DNA from: an uncultured virus (IMG/VR IMGVR_UViG_3300022745_000033)
Taxonomy: Duplodnaviria > Heunggongvirae > Uroviricota > Caudoviricetes
IMG/VR virus record: IMGVR_UViG_3300022745_000033
Reading direction: 5' to 3' (one strand)
DNA: 20,000 nucleotides
Under the pieces are notes generated by a model. The model was given only the letters and a program-made list of their open reading frames with translations, ran no database searches and had not been told where the DNA came from. Position 1 is the stretch's first letter. The number at the start of each line of letters is the position of its first letter. This document shows positions 1 through 7,447 of the stretch, in pieces. Both the position numbers and the translations under genes were made by a program.

Positions 1-119
1 GCAGCGATTTCAGCTTTGTCGAACGATGTGTTATGGGTAGCATTTGCCACACGCTCGTGCAGCCACCTCACACGACGCTGGAGGAAACGCAGATGCCTGG
101 AAGGGTCGCTGCTAGTCAT
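1..119 (-). CDS. Hypothetical phage protein, 3' end outside the window (MTSSDPSRHLRFLQRRVRWLHERVANATHNTSFDKAEIA...)
   Basis: Translated by hand: ATG at 119-117, frame open to the window edge; overlaps the end of the upstream small ORF, as in the rest of this operon. Confidence 0.55.
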   Translation of the reverse strand, partial: MTSSDPSRHLRFLQRRVRWLHERVANATHNTSFDKAEIA

Positions 120-270
120 GTGATCTCAACAACAGTTCGAGAGACATGATCACCGCGCCGACACTGGTAGCAATCTGGGCGTAGTGTGAAGGCGGCGTGT
201 CCATGCAAGCGTTGACAACGCTTTCAACAAGCAGAGCAGTCCAGAGAAGGGTAAGGGTAAATCGAGTCAT
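112..270 (-). CDS. Small putative membrane protein, 52 aa (MTRFTLTLLWTALLVESVVNACMD...SVGAVIMSLELLLRSHD)
   Basis: Not in the ORF track. GAAGGAG SD upstream, ATGA overlap with the stop of 267-785, two hydrophobic stretches. Confidence 0.6.
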   Translation of the reverse strand: MTRFTLTLLWTALLVESVVNACMDTPPSHYAQIATSVGAVIMSLELLLRSHD

Positions 271-785
271 GCGGGTGCTCCTTCCTTTGTCTTGGGCCAG
301 CCTGCCTTGACGAAGTCTGCGATCACGTTCTGCACCACAGGCAACGTGCGCACGGCCTTGGCCTCGTCTTGAGGCAGGTACTTCTCGAACTCAGGCAGAG
401 CGTCGGCAAGAGCCTTGCGTGTGGTCACGCTCATAGTCACACCACGAATCTGCTCTTCCAGCTTGGCACGCTGGATGTTTTGCTCACGGTGCCGCACATC
501 CAGTGCTTTCAGGGTCTCCCACAACTCGGGTAAGTTACGTTCAACGAAGTTATAGTGAGAAGAGTAGGTGTACACAGAGAGCAGATGCCCAGGCAATTGG
601 ACACTCTGGAGATTCACCCAATTTCCTTGTCCAAGCTCGGCTATTTCGACGCCAAACGTCTCCTTGAAGTAGGAGGCAATGGCATTGATGACCAGCTTGC
701 TTGCTGCTTCGTTGTAGTCGACGAAGGGTACGTCGTTCATGACAGAGCGTACGAATGCGTCACGGATGGTGTTAGTGAGTCTCAT
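267..785 (-). CDS. Nmad5-like (nucleotide modification associated domain 5) phage protein
   Basis: N-terminal MRLTNTIRDAFV and C-terminal SVTTRKALADALPEFEKYLP resemble the Nmad5 family pattern as I recall it; ATGA coupling on both sides. Confidence 0.65.
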   Translation of the reverse strand: MRLTNTIRDAFVRSVMNDVPFVDYNEAASKLVINAIASYFKETFGVEIAELGQGNWVNLQSVQLPGHLLSVYTYSSHYNFVERNLPELWETLKALDVRHREQNIQRAKLEEQIRGVTMSVTTRKALADALPEFEKYLPQDEAKAVRTLPVVQNVIADFVKAGWPKTKEGAPA

Positions 786-928
786 TGTTCAAACTTTCGG
801 AAGGTTACGCGGTGCATGAATTCGCGGCCTCGGTCATAGGCCAGCTTCAGGTGGTAGGAGGTGTAGTACATCGTGAAGGACGAACGAAACTCGATCATCC
901 CCATCACGAACGCTTCAATTTTTTCCAT
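782..928 (-). CDS. Small hypothetical phage protein, 48 aa (MEKIEAFVMGMIEFRSSFTMYYTSYHLKLAYDRGREFMHRVTFRKFEQ)
   Basis: Not in the ORF track. GAGGA SD, fills the gap between neighbours, TGA overlaps the ATG of 267-785. Confidence 0.7.
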   Translation of the reverse strand: MEKIEAFVMGMIEFRSSFTMYYTSYHLKLAYDRGREFMHRVTFRKFEQ

Positions 929-1136
929 AGGTTCCTCTCAGTCGAGCTAGCGCTGCTTTCTCTTCGGTTAAATAAATGAATTCGTACTGCTTTCCTTGTG
1001 GAGAGCAGTTACGGCTTCTGGAGTCAGGGTGGTGACATGCCCCGACGAACACACCTGATTCAGGCGAGTGATAGTGGCAGTCCCTACACCCATGTTTGCG
1101 AGGGACGATGACTTTGGTGATGGTGCGGTCGGTCAT
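915..1136 (-). CDS. Small Cys-rich protein (CxxC...C...C, C-terminal ARLRG)
   Basis: GGAGG SD, ATGA overlap with the upstream gene; shares its motif layout with 1133-1354. Confidence 0.7.
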   Translation of the reverse strand: MTDRTITKVIVPRKHGCRDCHYHSPESGVFVGACHHPDSRSRNCSPQGKQYEFIYLTEEKAALARLRGTYGKN

Positions 1137-1354
1137 TGAATCCTCCCACGTAGACGTGCCTTAATGGCGTCGTCTATGCGCATCCAGATAATGTTTTTGC
1201 AGTCAGGAAGCGCTCCATATCCGTTTATACCGGTCTGACATCTCGGAAGGCGATAACCAACACATTGGGTACATGAGGGGCCAACTTCGGTTCCGTCTGT
1301 GACGGCAACAATTTCGTCGCCGTCCCATAACTTGGTTTCAAGTAATGTGATCAT
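1133..1354 (-). CDS. Small Cys-rich protein (CxxC...C...C, C-terminal ARLRG), probable paralogue of 915-1136
   Basis: 73-aa ORF in operon context with four Cys and an ARLRG tail. Confidence 0.7.
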   Translation of the reverse strand: MITLLETKLWDGDEIVAVTDGTEVGPSCTQCVGYRLPRCQTGINGYGALPDCKNIIWMRIDDAIKARLRGRIQ

Positions 1355-1401
1355 CTAAAGTTTCTTTCTGCCTTCATGGACCGGGGTCTCCATCAGCCTG
1401 A

Positions 1402-3783
1402 TCATTTCGTCTTCGCCTTGGCTCCCTTCGTTGCGAAGTGATCGGCGATGTACTTGCTGAAGTTCTTGGTGTCCTGCCATTGCACGGACAACCCATTCAC
1501 GCTCTTGTTGTTCACCCACACGACCTTGGTATGGACGCGGTGGTGCTTGAGCAGGCTCGTGAATTTGTTGGGCGATACAGGGATGTTGCCCACCACGTAC
1601 TCCAGCATGGCGCGCAGCTCATCGCGGGCGATGTTGCATTTGCCATCTGGTGCTGTGCGGCCCAGCAGGGCAGCGAGCACTTCACGGTAGTCCTCGACTT
1701 TGCCGTTGAGCATTGCATTGCGCTGGTAGGACAGGTCGGTAGGCAGCTGGTCGATGAAGAAGCCGAAGTTCCCTTCCAGCAGAGCCGACGCCACGGTGTC
1801 GATAGACGACTCCGAGATAGAGATCATGGTGTCGCGGTCTGTGGTGTGGATCACTTCGCCTGCCTTCTGTTCATCCAGTGGGTAGGACAGAAGGAAGTCA
1901 TGAAACGATTGCAACTCTTTCTCAAGGTCGGCCAGCTCCTTGTCGCTGATGACCAGCTTGTCGGGCTGGTAGCGACCAACGTTGAAACGGCGGTCGTTCT
2001 TGTCGATCAGCACTGGGTCTGTCATGTTGGACATGAGAATCCAGTTGGTGTAATTGCGGGCTTCCTGTGCGTTGCTGTACATGGCACGCATGGGCACAAA
2101 CTCCTCAGTGATGAAGTTTTTAAGTTTGGCCATGACGCCCTTCTCGTTTTGGAGCGCCTTGATCTGCACCTCGTCCACAAACACGAGCAACGAGTTCTCC
2201 ATGAACTGGTTGTACTTGTCTGCCAGCTCCTCCATCCGACGGCTAGCTACATGAGCAGCACCGAAGATCGGACGCAGGATGTTGTTAGTCAGGATGCCTT
2301 TTCCTGTCCCTTGGGTGCCATGCAGCACCCAGGCTGTTTTGGCGCGATCACGGCGTTGCAGTACGAATGCAGTCCAGTTCAGGAAGTGCTCAGTCACATC
2401 CACATCCATACCCAGTGCGTGGTGCAGGACTTTGAAAATGGTGGGCGGGCACTTGGTGACCTTCTTGGCCTGGGTCTTCATGTACGGGCTAGGCACGAAC
2501 TTGTTGATGACTTTGTTGGCTACGTCCACACGCACGTTGTCCATGGGATCAAACACCAGGTCCCACTCAGGGATGTAGTCGCTCAGCGGCACACCGTACT
2601 GGAGGGCAAAGTGACGAAGTTGGGTTTCGTTCTTGGCGGGTGTGATATCCAGAAGGTCAGAAGTGTTGTCGTAAGTGCCACGGTAATAGATGCCAGACTT
2701 GCGGTCACAGAAAGCCAGGTACGTAATGCCTGAGCTTGACGTGCGTAGATTTCCTGAGCTGGTGATCTGGAGCCAGTATTCGGGCAGCAGCTCTTTGGTG
2801 AGGTAGCTCGGCTCACCCTTGAAGTTGTGGATGTAGTCAGGTTTGTCCTCCGGGTGGTAGTAAGCCCAGCTGTCACCACCATTCAGGTTGAAGTACACGA
2901 AACCGCGTTCGACCTTCATCTCGGTGATGGTGGCCTCGTCCGGCTTGAGCAGGACGTGGGCTTGACCGGCTACCTTGTAGGTGAACTTGCGCTTGGGCAA
3001 TCCGAGCGAGTCACGCAGTTCGTTCACACGCTCGTGTGTGAGTTTGGTGTTCTTCTCGGTGGTGTTGATAGCACTAGCCAACGAGAGCACGTCGTACTTG
3101 CGCTTCTCCAGCTTGATGCGTGGGTTCTTGCCCATCGGGTCCTTGATGCCCTTGAGGATGGGAGGCGCAATGTAGATGAGCTTGTCGTTCTGGCATGCGC
3201 TGATGTCCAGTGGCCAGGAGATGGAGTTGCCAGTTTTGGTCAGACCCATGGAGTCACGCAGCATGGGGACTTCGTGGTTCTTCTGGATTAGCCATTGCTT
3301 GAGCAGAGGTGCTGCGTACGAACGGTCGAGCATCATGAAAACGTGGGCACGAATCTTTTTATCGGACACGCCATAGGAAGCTGACCACTGCACCACATAG
3401 GAGATGTCTTGCAACCCCATCTCACCGAGGAACAAGTCGATGGTGAGCGGTTGTGAAACAGTCTGACCACCAGGTGTCTGGATGGTGATGTGTTCGGGTA
3501 GTCCATCTAGGTCTAGCACCAACCATTCTGTGGTGTCGTTGGTTGAAGTGCTGCCTGCACGAGACTCTTTCACCAGGTCACGAGAGATGACACCTTTGAG
3601 CACACAGTTGCCTTTTGCTGCGTGTTTATTCAGAAGTGACTCGAACTGGGACAGGTTGTTGACAGACTCTTGGTGGGAGGTGAACTCCCACACAAAGGGG
3701 TAGGGAGTCTTTATGAGATCACCGTTGACTTTCGTATATTGCTTGGTCAAAGGCTCACTTGCTTGGAGGAAGTAGACGTTCAT
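1402..3783 (-). CDS. Primase-polymerase (AEP-like N-terminus) fused to an SF3/D5-like helicase (NrS-1/DUF5906-type replication protein)
   Basis: Walker A GTQGTGKG, Walker B LLVFVDE, motif C ILMSN and DRRF Arg finger. N-terminal LVLDLDG (DxD) and RAHVF (His) are AEP-type motifs. Start placed at ATG 3783 behind AAAGGA. Confidence 0.85.
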   Translation of the reverse strand: MNVYFLQASEPLTKQYTKVNGDLIKTPYPFVWEFTSHQESVNNLSQFESLLNKHAAKGNCVLKGVISRDLVKESRAGSTSTNDTTEWLVLDLDGLPEHITIQTPGGQTVSQPLTIDLFLGEMGLQDISYVVQWSASYGVSDKKIRAHVFMMLDRSYAAPLLKQWLIQKNHEVPMLRDSMGLTKTGNSISWPLDISACQNDKLIYIAPPILKGIKDPMGKNPRIKLEKRKYDVLSLASAINTTEKNTKLTHERVNELRDSLGLPKRKFTYKVAGQAHVLLKPDEATITEMKVERGFVYFNLNGGDSWAYYHPEDKPDYIHNFKGEPSYLTKELLPEYWLQITSSGNLRTSSSGITYLAFCDRKSGIYYRGTYDNTSDLLDITPAKNETQLRHFALQYGVPLSDYIPEWDLVFDPMDNVRVDVANKVINKFVPSPYMKTQAKKVTKCPPTIFKVLHHALGMDVDVTEHFLNWTAFVLQRRDRAKTAWVLHGTQGTGKGILTNNILRPIFGAAHVASRRMEELADKYNQFMENSLLVFVDEVQIKALQNEKGVMAKLKNFITEEFVPMRAMYSNAQEARNYTNWILMSNMTDPVLIDKNDRRFNVGRYQPDKLVISDKELADLEKELQSFHDFLLSYPLDEQKAGEVIHTTDRDTMISISESSIDTVASALLEGNFGFFIDQLPTDLSYQRNAMLNGKVEDYREVLAALLGRTAPDGKCNIARDELRAMLEYVVGNIPVSPNKFTSLLKHHRVHTKVVWVNNKSVNGLSVQWQDTKNFSKYIADHFATKGAKAKTK

Positions 3784-3870
3784 GAAAGTCCTTTCAGAGA
3801 GGGAGAGTGTATTCGATCTAAAACAGAGCTTAGAACCATAAACCATAATAGGTGTTCATAAGCCTGTTTT

Positions 3871-3980
3871 CCCTCTATATATCTATATACCTTATACTCT
3901 TATACTTATAATCTTATCTTATTATTTTGAAATAAAGATTAGATATTAGATACTGATTAGAAAAACCTATATAGAGATGG
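3871..3980. other. Very AT-rich tract with short iterated motifs; candidate replication origin
   Basis: CTTAT(A) iterations on the left, ATTAGA three times on the right, bounded by the inverted repeat CTCTATATA (3873-3881) / TATATAGAG (3968-3976); lies directly upstream of the primase-helicase gene. Confidence 0.55.
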
Positions 3981-4028
3981 GGCGGCAGTTCATAACGAAA
4001 GACCATATTCCCATCGACCAAGATCGAA

Positions 4029-4066
4029 GAAGTAGGCGGTAGAGGCATAGCCCTACCACCTACTTC
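4029..4066 (-). terminator. Long hairpin after the 296-aa gene (terminator or RNase III-type site)
   Basis: - strand reads GAAGUAGG-U-GGUAG-GGC-UAU-GCC-U-CUACC-G-CCUACUUC, about 10 nt after the stop; only a weak U tail. Confidence 0.5.
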
Positions 4067-4075
4067 ACTCAGTCC

Positions 4076-4966
4076 TTAACCGACATTCGCTTCAGACGCT
4101 TCAGCAACACGCTGAGCAGTACGGAACTTAGGTGACGCGAGTACACGCTTGATGTCACGTTCTACGTTGAACGCACCATCATCAATATCCTCAGCTTCAC
4201 GGTCAGAGAGCGAGCGATCATCTTCAGCCCACTCAGCCACATTGTTCGCAGCGCGTTGCGCGTTGTCCAGCAGAACTCGTTGTAGCTCGATCGGTAGTGC
4301 CGAGAATTCTTTGCTACGTTCAGCTGCACTGCTTTCATCAGACCTCAGTGCGAATTCCATCATCATGACTGCAGCACCGGTCATAGCGTCAACGTTCTCT
4401 TTGACTTGCACTAGCTTGTCTTCTTTCTTAGCCAGCTTGGACTCGAAGCGACGTTGGGTGGTCTCGGTATCCCAGTCGTATGCTTTGGCACGACGTTGGA
4501 TGTTCATCTTCATCCGACGCTGAGTGTCTTGACCTACCCGGTAAGGTTTGTCACTAGAGAACGCAGTTTCAATGTCAGGGATTTCGTAGACACGTGCATT
4601 GCCATTCCAGTCCCAGGTCATCTCAACAAGTTGCTTAGCCAGGTCGTGCCATTGGTCACGTTGCGAGTTCAATGCACGGATGCTTTCACATGCGGTCTCG
4701 TTACTAGAGCCCTGTTCACGGAAAGATTCTTCAGCGAAGTCTTTTTCGTGCAACGCAGTGGTGAGTTCAGCCATTGAATCCACACCACCGTTAGCGTGGA
4801 AGATTTCTTGGCGGATGTTCTTGAAGATGCCACGCGAAGTCGTAGCGATAAGCTGGTCGATCTTCCACGCGGTAGACGCAGCCATTTGTGCAGCGATCCG
4901 AACTTCAGGCACTTTGACGACGTAGTCATACAGGTTGAAGTAGTGGTGGGTGGTGTTAGCAGACAT
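4076..4966 (-). CDS. Hypothetical phage protein, about 296 aa, predicted helical and acidic
   Basis: Long ORF; AAAGGAA SD before ATG 4966 (MSANTTHHYF); no recognisable motif. Confidence 0.8.
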   Translation of the reverse strand: MSANTTHHYFNLYDYVVKVPEVRIAAQMAASTAWKIDQLIATTSRGIFKNIRQEIFHANGGVDSMAELTTALHEKDFAEESFREQGSSNETACESIRALNSQRDQWHDLAKQLVEMTWDWNGNARVYEIPDIETAFSSDKPYRVGQDTQRRMKMNIQRRAKAYDWDTETTQRRFESKLAKKEDKLVQVKENVDAMTGAAVMMMEFALRSDESSAAERSKEFSALPIELQRVLLDNAQRAANNVAEWAEDDRSLSDREAEDIDDGAFNVERDIKRVLASPKFRTAQRVAEASEANVG

Positions 4967-5029
4967 GATGATTCCTTTAATAAAGAGTTGATTGAGTGGG
5001 ATGCAGTCACTCACTGCCTGGGGAACGGT

Positions 5030-5221
5030 TTAACGCAGCGGTGTGGCGCAGATACGGCCAAGCACGATTTGCTGTGCTTCTTCTTCAGAGACATCGAGCA
5101 CCTCAGCAATTTGCTGGATCTTTGCCCACATCACTGCGTAGGGGTCTAGCTCTTCAACAGCCTCGTCTTCGATGAATTCGAGAGAGATGAACAGAGCGGG
5201 TGGTTGTTTTCGGATAGCCAT
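5030..5221 (-). CDS. Small early protein, 63 aa (MAIRKQPPALFISLEF...)
   Basis: AAAGGA SD before ATG 5221; lies downstream of repeat copy 1. Confidence 0.7.
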   Translation of the reverse strand: MAIRKQPPALFISLEFIEDEAVEELDPYAVMWAKIQQIAEVLDVSEEEAQQIVLGRICATPLR

Positions 5222-5249
5222 GAATGAGTCCTTTTGTATGTGCGAAATG

Positions 5250-5285
5250 CACACGCCAAAAAGGCCCGAACGCATGTGCGCTCGG
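5250..5285 (-). repeat. Early-region hairpin repeat, copy 1 (loop ACAU, one G-U pair)
   Basis: + strand cacacgccaaaaaggc-ccgaacgc-atgt-gcgctcgg. Confidence 0.9.
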
Positions 5286-5296
5286 TATTTCTGGCT

Positions 5297-5533
5297 CTAT
5301 GTGTTGTATTTGAAGAGCAGTCGTTCGTACTCTGCTTCGAGTAATTCGTCGTCGCCTTTAGCGAACGCTATTGCCTGCGCGTATAGGCGATCACGTAAGT
5401 GCGCACGCGGTGGTGTGATGACGACGTGACTTTTCAGTGGCGTTCTGATGTAGCCATTGAGTGGGTCAGTCAGCACTGGTTGGTTCATGCAAAGAGCGAT
5501 GTATTTAGTCTCTTCGTCGCGCGTACGTCTCAT
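5297..5533 (-). CDS. Small early protein, 78 aa (MRRTRDEETKYIALC...)
   Basis: AAGGAG SD and ATG are supplied by the 69-bp repeat. Confidence 0.75.
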   Translation of the reverse strand: MRRTRDEETKYIALCMNQPVLTDPLNGYIRTPLKSHVVITPPRAHLRDRLYAQAIAFAKGDDELLEAEYERLLFKYNT

Positions 5534-5598
5534 GTGTTTACTCCTTGGGGTTAGATACACATGCGAAAAAGGCCCGAGCGCTTCAGCGCTCGGAACTT
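5530..5598 (-). repeat. 69-bp perfect direct repeat A, containing hairpin copy 2, SD and start codon
   Basis: Identical to 5821-5889. Confidence 0.95.
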
Positions 5599-5605
5599 GG
5601 CTGAC

Positions 5606-5824
5606 TCAGTGAGCCATCTTGTGGCTGGGCTGGCGTGCAACGAATGCGTCGCGTGCAGCCTCGGTGTGGAAGAAGTGGATGCGTTCTGAGCCAGTACGTT
5701 CGTCAAACGTGTAGGCCTCGAACTCAGGCTCTTCGAAGTGAAGGTCCTGATGGTGAGAGCACGCATCCATGTGTGTGCCTTGGTTTGGGCAGGACAGGAA
5801 GTTGCAGCTACGGCAAGTGGTCAT
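5606..5824 (-). CDS. Small early Cys/His-rich protein, 72 aa (MTTCRSCNFLSCPNQG...)
   Basis: SD and ATG are supplied by the 69-bp repeat; CxxC-x4-C...C pattern. Confidence 0.75.
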   Translation of the reverse strand: MTTCRSCNFLSCPNQGTHMDACSHHQDLHFEEPEFEAYTFDERTGSERIHFFHTEAARDAFVARQPSHKMAH

Positions 5825-5889
5825 GTGTTTACTCCTTGGGGTTAGATACACATGCGAAAAAGGCCCGAGCGCTTCAGCGCTCGGAACTT
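5821..5889 (-). repeat. 69-bp perfect direct repeat B, containing hairpin copy 3, SD and start codon
   Basis: Identical to 5530-5598. Confidence 0.95.
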
Positions 5890-5895
5890 CTCAGG

Positions 5896-6105
5896 CTAAG
5901 TACAGAGTGGTCGGAAGCACGGTGTGTTCATGTCAATGGTGTAGACATAGTCACCGCGACGTACTTCGATGACCTGGACTGGGTATCCAACCAGATGGTT
6001 GTCGATCTTGTCCATTGCTTCTTCGAGCGTGTCGAATGTTGCGCAGAACTTCCAGTTAGGGTCGCCCTCTGCGTAGAGCGTTCCGCAAAACACGTTGTAC
6101 TTCAT
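5896..6105 (-). CDS. Small early protein, 69 aa (MKYNVFCGTLYAEG...)
   Basis: ATG 6105 overlaps the TGA of the upstream 29-aa ORF. Confidence 0.7.
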   Translation of the reverse strand: MKYNVFCGTLYAEGDPNWKFCATFDTLEEAMDKIDNHLVGYPVQVIEVRRGDYVYTIDMNTPCFRPLCT

Positions 6106-6191
6106 GGCAGCACCATGAGCAGAGCGCAAAGAAAAATAGCTGCAGCGATGCAGCTATTGACGATGATCTCGCCGTGAGTGTCGAAATTCAT
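6102..6191 (-). CDS. Tiny single-pass membrane peptide, 29 aa (MNFDTHGEIIVNSCIAAAIFLCALLMVLP)
   Basis: Not in the ORF track. AGGAG SD, ATGA overlaps at both ends, hydrophobic C-terminal half. Confidence 0.7.
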   Translation of the reverse strand: MNFDTHGEIIVNSCIAAAIFLCALLMVLP

Positions 6192-6496
6192 TTGAGTTCT
6201 CCTACTGAATACTTGATCCAACCGACGTGGTAATACCGGCCCTGTTCGAGGTAGCCGTAGAAACTGCGAGCCATGGACACGGTGACCATGGAGCAGATAA
6301 ACGATGCAATGCCGGACATGGTTCCTATCAGCGTGCCCCAGTGAATCAATAGATTTAAACTAAGAACAAACACGTGTAATAGGTTTCTTCTATCGCTGCC
6401 GAGCACCCGTAACCGAGTCCTCGGATTCAGCATGCTCAGCAGCACGAACTCGAACAACACATTAAGTGCACCGAAGACAAAAACGGCTTCAATCAT
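6188..6496 (-). CDS. Putative membrane protein, 102 aa, 2-3 hydrophobic segments
   Basis: Hydrophobic runs; overlaps both neighbours; AAGGGG SD. Confidence 0.75.
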   Translation of the reverse strand: MIEAVFVFGALNVLFEFVLLSMLNPRTRLRVLGSDRRNLLHVFVLSLNLLIHWGTLIGTMSGIASFICSMVTVSMARSFYGYLEQGRYYHVGWIKYSVGELK

Positions 6497-6674
6497 GGTT
6501 GCGCCCCTTCTCTAAATGTGCGAGAAGCGCGGTTTGAAGTTCCACGGCCACGTCGATGAGGCGCTCGACGCTTACCTCTACGTTGTAGTTATCGACGCTG
6601 TAGTCCAGCACCGTGTACCCTTCGTTGTCGATGATCTTGGCCTGCGCTTGTCCCAGTTTGATGATGATCTGCAT
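6489..6674 (-). CDS. Small early protein, 61 aa
   Basis: TAAGGA SD; downstream of repeat copy 4. Confidence 0.75.
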   Translation of the reverse strand: MQIIIKLGQAQAKIIDNEGYTVLDYSVDNYNVEVSVERLIDVAVELQTALLAHLEKGRNHD

Positions 6675-6713
6675 ACCTGTTCCTTAGTTGATGGCATCAG
6701 CCCAGTGCTGATA

Positions 6714-6749
6714 CACACGCCGAAAAGGACCGAGCGCCGAAGCGCCCGG
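6714..6749 (-). repeat. Early-region hairpin repeat, copy 4 (C-UUCG-G loop, one G-U pair)
   Basis: + strand cacacgccgaaaagga-ccgagcgc-cgaa-gcgcccgg. Confidence 0.9.
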
Positions 6750-6756
6750 TATTCAC

Positions 6757-7056
6757 TCACGCTGCCACCTGACGGATGACTGCCTGATTGCTGCCCTTCC
6801 ATTGGTGGCGTTCCCAGACGGAGCCATCCGCCTTGGTGAAGCGCTTGACCGTGTGCGCAGGCTTCACAGCCTTGACCACGGGTGTGGGAGTTGCGATGCA
6901 GCCACGAGTGGCCAGCAGCGCGTCTTGCTCTGCAAGCTTTGCACGTTGCGCACGGAACACCTCGGTTGCAAGTGCAAGCCGAGCTTCCAGTACAGTGACT
7001 TTGGCTTCCAGCTCTTTGTTGGCGGCGATGAGGGCGGGGCGGGTGATAGTTGCCAT
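6757..7056 (-). CDS. Small early coiled-coil protein, 99 aa (MATITRPALIAANKELEAKV...)
   Basis: AAAGGAG SD before ATG 7056; heptad-like N-terminal half. Confidence 0.75.
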   Translation of the reverse strand: MATITRPALIAANKELEAKVTVLEARLALATEVFRAQRAKLAEQDALLATRGCIATPTPVVKAVKPAHTVKRFTKADGSVWERHQWKGSNQAVIRQVAA

Positions 7057-7085
7057 GGTGTTACTCCTTTGTTGGCGGGTTGGTT

Positions 7086-7121
7086 CACACGCCAAAAAGG
7101 CCCGAGCGCTTCAGCGCTCGG
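7086..7121 (-). repeat. Early-region hairpin repeat, copy 5
   Basis: + strand cacacgccaaaaaggc-ccgagcgc-ttca-gcgctcgg. Confidence 0.95.
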
Positions 7122-7176
7122 TTCCCCATTCCCCATAGTCCTCAAACAGAGGAGTAGGGCCGTAGCCCTACCTACC

Positions 7177-7410
7177 TCAGACTGCCTCAGCCTTCAGCTT
7201 CAGCTTGCGCTGACGCTGAGCGGGCACAACTTGGACAGCAGCGTCACGGCGTGCCGCCAGCTCTGCCGACTTGATCGTGTACTGCTCACTAGCAGACGAG
7301 ACAACCTCTGCACCAAAACGCCCTGTAGCGTTAACAGAGACAACAGCACCATGTACTGCATACGCAGCGGTGTTAGCGACGAACTTACCAATAGCGGAAC
7401 CTGCGGACAT
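7177..7410 (-). CDS. First gene of the leftward arm, Ala-rich, 77 aa
   Basis: TAAGGAG SD; downstream of repeat copy 6. Confidence 0.75.
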   Translation of the reverse strand: MSAGSAIGKFVANTAAYAVHGAVVSVNATGRFGAEVVSSASEQYTIKSAELAARRDAAVQVVPAQRQRKLKLKAEAV

Positions 7411-7447
7411 ATCGAACTCCTTAATGAGATAACAGAGCGAACTTGCT

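Noticed and set aside
1438..3291. Long + strand ORFs (431 aa, 154 aa) opposite the primase gene
   Set aside because: Antisense shadows of a codon-biased GC-rich gene; no motifs.
5534..5851. ORF-track N-termini MYLTPRSKH shared by two proteins
   Set aside because: An artefact of GTG starts inside the 69-bp repeat; the SD-supported starts are ATG 5533 and 5824.
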